From an uncultured Acidobacteriota bacterium (GTDB lineage Bacteria; Acidobacteriota; Thermoanaerobaculia; UBA5066; Gp7-AA6): a stretch of DNA of 64,000 bases. Positions within the stretch are counted from its first letter, which is position 1. Each line of letters starts with the position of its first letter. Shown here in pieces: positions 59,671 to 64,000 of the stretch. The notes beneath the pieces are model-generated. The model was not told the DNA's origin. It ran no database searches and was given only the letters and a program-made list of their open reading frames with translations. The position numbers and the translations under genes are program-made. The stretch is taken from the NCBI GenBank assembly GCA_963708395.1, contig CAVPSG010000002.1, positions 901,100-965,099 on the forward strand. Direction: 5' to 3'.

Positions 59671-61929
59671 TTGCACCCGCGCTCTCGCCCACGCCTTCTC
59701 GATCGCCCGATCGCACGGCGTTTCCTCGCCGCCGCGCTGGTTCTTCTGTCGGCCGCTTCGTCGCGCGCGGACGTCGGCGCGCTCTATGTCTCGACGGATT
59801 TCGACGCCGAGCTCGCGCGCGCCGCGGACCTGCTCGAGGAGGGGCAGCGCGCGGAGGCCGAGCGCGTACTCTCCGAGATCCGGCGCCAGGCCGGCCAGCG
59901 CGCGTGGGACGCGCGGGTCGCAATGCTGCTCGCCATCGATGACGAGCGCCGCGGCGATTTTGCGGCGGCGGCGCGGGTCCTCGCGGAGACGTCGGCGGCG
60001 CCGATCGGCCTCGAGAGCTACCGGCGCGACCGTCTGGCGCGCGATCTCGCGGCGTCGGGACAGGTCGCGGCGGCGCTCGCCGAGTACGCGGCGCTCGAGG
60101 AAGGCGACGACGCCTATGCCGGCGCCGCGCGGACCGCGCTCGATCATGCGGCGCTGCTCGAACGGGCCGGCGCCCCCGGGAAGGCCGCGGCCGTGCTCGC
60201 GCGCGCGGCGTCCGCGAGCCCTTCGTCGAGTCTCGATCTCGCGCCGCAGCGCCTGCGTCTGGCGCTCCGGACGGGCGACACCGCGGGCGTGAGGGCGGCC
60301 TCGCGGCAGCTGCTGCTCGAGGCGCCGTTCGCGGACGTCGCGGCGGAAAACTCCGCCGAAGTCCGTCAGGCCCTGCGCGCGGAGGAGACGCGGCTATCGC
60401 CTGAGGATCGGGCGCGGCGTGGGAGGGCGCTCGTCTCCGCCGGAGATTTTCGGCGCGGTGCCGTGGTGCTCGAGGGCGCCGGGGTTGCCGGCACGGCCCT
60501 CACGGTCGACGAGCGCGATGCGACGCTGGTGGCTCTGGCTCGGGCCGAGGCGCGTCTCGGGAGGACGGCGAAGGCGCTTGCGGCGGTCGCGCGCGTGCCC
60601 GCGAGCGGGAGCCCGGCCTCCTTCGAGGCGAGGCTCCTGCGGGTGGAGATCGAGAGCGGCCGCGGGGCAGCCCGGTCGGCGCGCGAGCGCCCAGAGGATC
60701 GCGAGGCCCGTCTTGCCGACACCCTGCTCGGCCTGACGTCGCCCGAGGCGCCGCCCGGCGTGCGCTCCGCCGCGCGCGAGCGCCTCGTCCGTCTCGCCTA
60801 CGAAGCGGGCGATTTCGACGCCGGTCTCGCGCAGGCGCGCGCGCTCGTTGCGGAGTCGCCGGGCACGCGCACCGGCTTCGAGCCGCTCTGGAAGCTCGCG
60901 TGGGACGTCTATCGGTCGGGGCAGTGGGCGCTCGCCCGTTCGCGCTTCGAGACGCTCGGCTCGCTCTATGCGGCGCTCGACCTGCGGCGGCGGCTGACCT
61001 ACTGGCGCGCACGCTGCCTCGAGCATGAGGGTTCCGAAGGACGCGCGGGACTCCTGTTCCAGTCCCTGGCGCGGGCCGACCCGCCGGACCTGTATGCGCT
61101 CTTCGCGCGCAAGCGCGTCTCGACGCGGATCCCGCGCCGTCCGCCGCTCCCCGATCCGTCGCAGGCGACAGCCACGTTTCGCCGCGTGGACGAGCTCCTG
61201 CGGCTGCGGCTCTTCGAGGAGGCCTCGGCCGAGGCGCGCCGGCTGCCCGCGAGCCGGGGCCGGGATCTGCGGCTGGCGGGATCGGAGTTTGCGCTGGGCC
61301 GCTTCGCCGCGGCGGCGCTGTCGGCCAAGCGCGCGTTTCCCGAGATGGGAACGGCCGAGGAGGGGCGCGTGCCCGACGCGTGGCGGCGCCTCTACTATCC
61401 GATCGAGGAGGGCGGCTTCCTCGCGGAGCGCGCGCGCGAGTTCTCGCTCGACCCGGCGATCCTGCGGGCGCTCGTGCGGCAGGAAAGCCTCTTCGAGGCG
61501 CGGGCGAAATCGCGCGCCGGCGCCCTCGGCCTGACGCAGCTCCTGCCTTCGACGGCGCGGAGCCTCGCGAAATCGGTCCTGCGCGTGCGATACCGCCGCG
61601 CCTTCCTCTACGACCCGGGCTTCAACGCGCAGCTCGGCGCGGCATACCTGAAACGCCTCTACGATCAGTTCGACGGAAACGCGATTTACGCGCTCGCCGC
61701 CTACAACGGCGGCCCGGGCCGCATGGCGAACGTTCTCGGCCAGAATCGCGGCCTCGCGGAGGACGAGGTCTTCGAGTCCCACCCGGCCTGGGAGAGCCGC
61801 GACTACGTGCGGCGCGTGATGCTCTACTCCGAGTCCTACCGCGAGCTGTATCCGCAGGCGCCGATCACCACGAGCCCTCCGGCACCACCAGAACCGAGCA
61901 AGGGCACCGCCGCAGCACCTGGCGCGTGA
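59671..61929 (+). CDS. slt: Soluble lytic murein transglycosylase (Slt70-like: superhelical N-domain plus SLT catalytic domain)
   Basis: TTG 59671, signal peptide FLAAALVLLSAASSRA, and the catalytic region LVRQESLFEARAKSRAGALGLTQLLPSTA...AAYNGGPGR. Confidence 0.85.
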   Translation: MHPRSRPRLLDRPIARRFLAAALVLLSAASSRADVGALYVSTDFDAELARAADLLEEGQRAEAERVLSEIRRQAGQRAWDARVAMLLAIDDERRGDFAAAARVLAETSAAPIGLESYRRDRLARDLAASGQVAAALAEYAALEEGDDAYAGAARTALDHAALLERAGAPGKAAAVLARAASASPSSSLDLAPQRLRLALRTGDTAGVRAASRQLLLEAPFADVAAENSAEVRQALRAEETRLSPEDRARRGRALVSAGDFRRGAVVLEGAGVAGTALTVDERDATLVALARAEARLGRTAKALAAVARVPASGSPASFEARLLRVEIESGRGAARSARERPEDREARLADTLLGLTSPEAPPGVRSAARERLVRLAYEAGDFDAGLAQARALVAESPGTRTGFEPLWKLAWDVYRSGQWALARSRFETLGSLYAALDLRRRLTYWRARCLEHEGSEGRAGLLFQSLARADPPDLYALFARKRVSTRIPRRPPLPDPSQATATFRRVDELLRLRLFEEASAEARRLPASRGRDLRLAGSEFALGRFAAAALSAKRAFPEMGTAEEGRVPDAWRRLYYPIEEGGFLAERAREFSLDPAILRALVRQESLFEARAKSRAGALGLTQLLPSTARSLAKSVLRVRYRRAFLYDPGFNAQLGAAYLKRLYDQFDGNAIYALAAYNGGPGRMANVLGQNRGLAEDEVFESHPAWESRDYVRRVMLYSESYRELYPQAPITTSPPAPPEPSKGTAAAPGA

Positions 61930-63737
61930 CCGAGTCGCCGCCGCCGCGGAGAAACGGCGCGCGCGATCCCCGCACCGGTCCGCCGACGACGACGAGGTCG
62001 TGCGGGTCCGCCTCGAGCTCGGCGAGGATTCCCTCGATCGCATCCTCCGCCTGACGCACCGTCGCGCGGCCCTTCACCTCGAGCTCCCGCAGGGTCTCGA
62101 TGCCGCGGTCGAGGTGCGCGCGCACGAGCGGCGTCAGCGTGCGTCCCTCGAGCGAGACGTGCAGCAGCGTGACGCTCGCAGAGAGGCGCCGCGCGAGCCA
62201 GCCGCCGGCGCGGACGTCCGCCTTTCCCGGCTCGCCGACGGCGGTGCAGATCAGGATCTTCTTCGGCAGCTGGGCCGCTCTGCGGGCGAGGAGGATCGGC
62301 GTCGTGACGCCCTCGGCGAGCTCCTCGGCGAGGCCGGCCGCGCGGCGCTTTCCGGACCGCAGCCGCCGGCTCGGTGTCCCCCAGCAGGAGGAAGTCGTAA
62401 GGCGCTTCCGATTGCTCGAGAGCGAGCTGCTCGGCGGGGTCGCCGGCGCGCGCGCGGACCGCCGCCGTGTCGAGGCCGGCCTCCCGCGCCCGGCGGCCGA
62501 GCGTCTCGCGGAGCTCGTCCTGTCCGCTCGACCCCGACGCGATCCCGACGACGGTCGCGACCCCGTCGAGCGCCTCGACGAGGGGCCCCGCGATCGCGAG
62601 TGCCGGGTCCGAGGCCTCGCCCGAGTCGACGACGAGGAGCCGCGGCGTTGGCTGCCGCAGGATGTGCCAGTGCTCCAGCGCGACCCAGACCTGCGCCGGA
62701 ATCGGCCGTCCATCGGCCGGCACGGAGGCCTCGATCAGGAGCGCGTTCTCGCCGTAGGGGAGCGCGGGAGAGAGCTGGCGCGTTCCCGGAAGCGCCGGCA
62801 GGCGAAGGCGCGCTCGCCGGAACGAGCCCGAGAAGCTCTCCTCGAGCAGCTCGCCGCGCCCGAGGACGGCGGCCGAAGGAGGCGGCGGATCGGCGGACAA
62901 GCGCACCTGCTCGGGCCGAAAGAGGACGCGGACGCGGTCGCCCTCGTCGTGCGGAACGTCGGGCGGGATCGGCAGGGTCAGCGGACCGAGCTCGACGCGC
63001 TCGCCGCGGCACCGGCCGACGAGGATCGTCCCCGCGCCCAGGAACGTGGCGGCGAAGAGCGAGCGCGGGTGCGCGTAGAGATCCTCGGGCTCGCCGACCT
63101 CGAGAAGCCGTCCACGCTCGATGACGCCGATGCGCTGCCCGAGCTCGAAGCCTTCCTCCTGGTCGTGCGTGACGAGGATCGTCGTGACGCCGAGCGTCTT
63201 CTGGATCTGCTTCAGGTTCTGCCGCAGCTGCGCGCGGATCTTGACGTCGAGCGCGCCGAACGGCTCGTCGAGGAGCAGCACCGCGGGCCGGTACGCGAGC
63301 GCGCGCGCGAGCGCGACGCGCTGGAGCTGGCCGCCCGAGAGCTGGCTCCAGTAGCGCGAGCCGAGGCCGCCGAGCCCTACGAGGTCGAGGAGCTCTTCGC
63401 GCCGGATCGCACGCTCGGATGCCGGCACGCTCCGAATGCGCAGGCCGAACTCGATGTTCTGGGCCACGGTCATGTGCCGGAAGATCGAGTAGTTCTGGAA
63501 GACGAAGCCGACGTCGCGCTTCTGCGGCGGCAGCATCGTCACGTCGCGGCCCCCGAGCCGGATCGCGCCCTCATCGGGCGCGAGGAGCCCGGAGATCAGG
63601 CGCAGGATCGAGCTCTTGCCCGATCCGCTCGCGCCGAGGAGGACGAAGAGCTCGCCCGTCTGCACCTCGAGCGAGACGCTTTCCACGATCGTCGTTCCCT
63701 CATAGCGCTTGGTCACCTTCTCGAGCGTGATGGCCAT
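61865..63737 (-). CDS. ABC transporter ATP-binding protein (CysA/ModC-like, TOBE-like region) fused to tandem universal stress protein domains. One frameshift near 62374.
   Basis: N-terminus: GASGSGKSSILRLISGL...LSGGQLQRVALARAL...LLLDEPFGALD...THDQEE. Then PRLLVVDSGEASDPAL...YDFLLLGDTEP, and after a frame switch KKILICTAVGEPGKADV...HDLVVVGG...VLRRCPCSVLVVPE. Confidence 0.8.
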
Positions 63738-63740
63738 GCG

Positions 63741-64000
63741 TCAGGCGTCCTTGCGGCTCGTCGTGTAGCGAAGCAGGAAGAAGAAGATGACGAACGAGAG
63801 CGCCGCGAGGACCGCGGCCACGGCGTTCGCTCCCGCCACGTTGCCCGCCTCGAACTGCGCGAAGATGTAGAGGGGCGCCGTCTGCGTGCGCAGGCGCAGG
63901 TTGCCGGAGACGAGCACCGTCGCGCCGAACTCGCCGAGCGAGTGGGCGAACGTCAGCAGCGCGCCCGTGAAGAGGCCGCCGCGCAGCGTCGGCAGGATGA
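63741..64000 (-). CDS. ABC transporter permease (CysT/CysW/ModB-like), C-terminal part only
   Basis: The minus-strand translation ends ...ILPTLRGGLFTGALLTFAHSLGEFGATVLVSGNLRLRTQTAPLYIF...AAVLAALSFVIFFFLLRY..-TGA. The 5' part lies beyond the window. Confidence 0.8.
   Translation of the reverse strand, partial: ILPTLRGGLFTGALLTFAHSLGEFGATVLVSGNLRLRTQTAPLYIFAQFEAGNVAGANAVAAVLAALSFVIFFFLLRYTTSRKDA

Overview
High-GC (about 70%) bacterial chromosomal segment with about 60 protein genes, over 85% on the minus strand, often joined by 4-nt start/stop overlaps (ATGA, GTGA, TTGA). The VWFA-type secreted proteins weakly suggest an Acidobacteriota-like organism; this is inference only. Content is mainly housekeeping: rpsU-mutS2-dnaG-rpoD, yggS-yggT-divIVA, polA, rph, panB-panC-thiG, a cysteine synthase plus cystathionine gamma-synthase/lyase pair, hutI plus a cyclodeaminase, ubiA/ubiX-like genes, comEA, tmRNA (ssrA) and one tRNA-Met(CAU). 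Most notable items: (1) a selenocysteine formate dehydrogenase module with an in-frame UGA, a SECIS hairpin and selB 25 kb away, whose alpha subunit is split at a domain boundary with the gene order permuted; (2) long hairpins with 7-nt periodic arms that fill stop-to-start gaps inside minus-strand operons, at five loci in two sequence families; (3) a 6.5-copy 72-bp tandem array of double-hairpin units; (4) uncharacterised gene pairs or operons: ATP-grasp + GCS2 ligase + M29 peptidase, BNR propeller + MoaD/ThiS-like protein ending in GG, VWA proteins + a 1081-aa secreted protein, and an ABC ATPase fused to tandem USP domains. Caveat: at least 25 frameshifts interrupt conserved and essential genes. 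Some sit at short homopolymer or GC-rich runs, which points to indel errors rather than decay. Boundaries of frameshifted genes were reconstructed by eye and are approximate. No database or structure search could be run.
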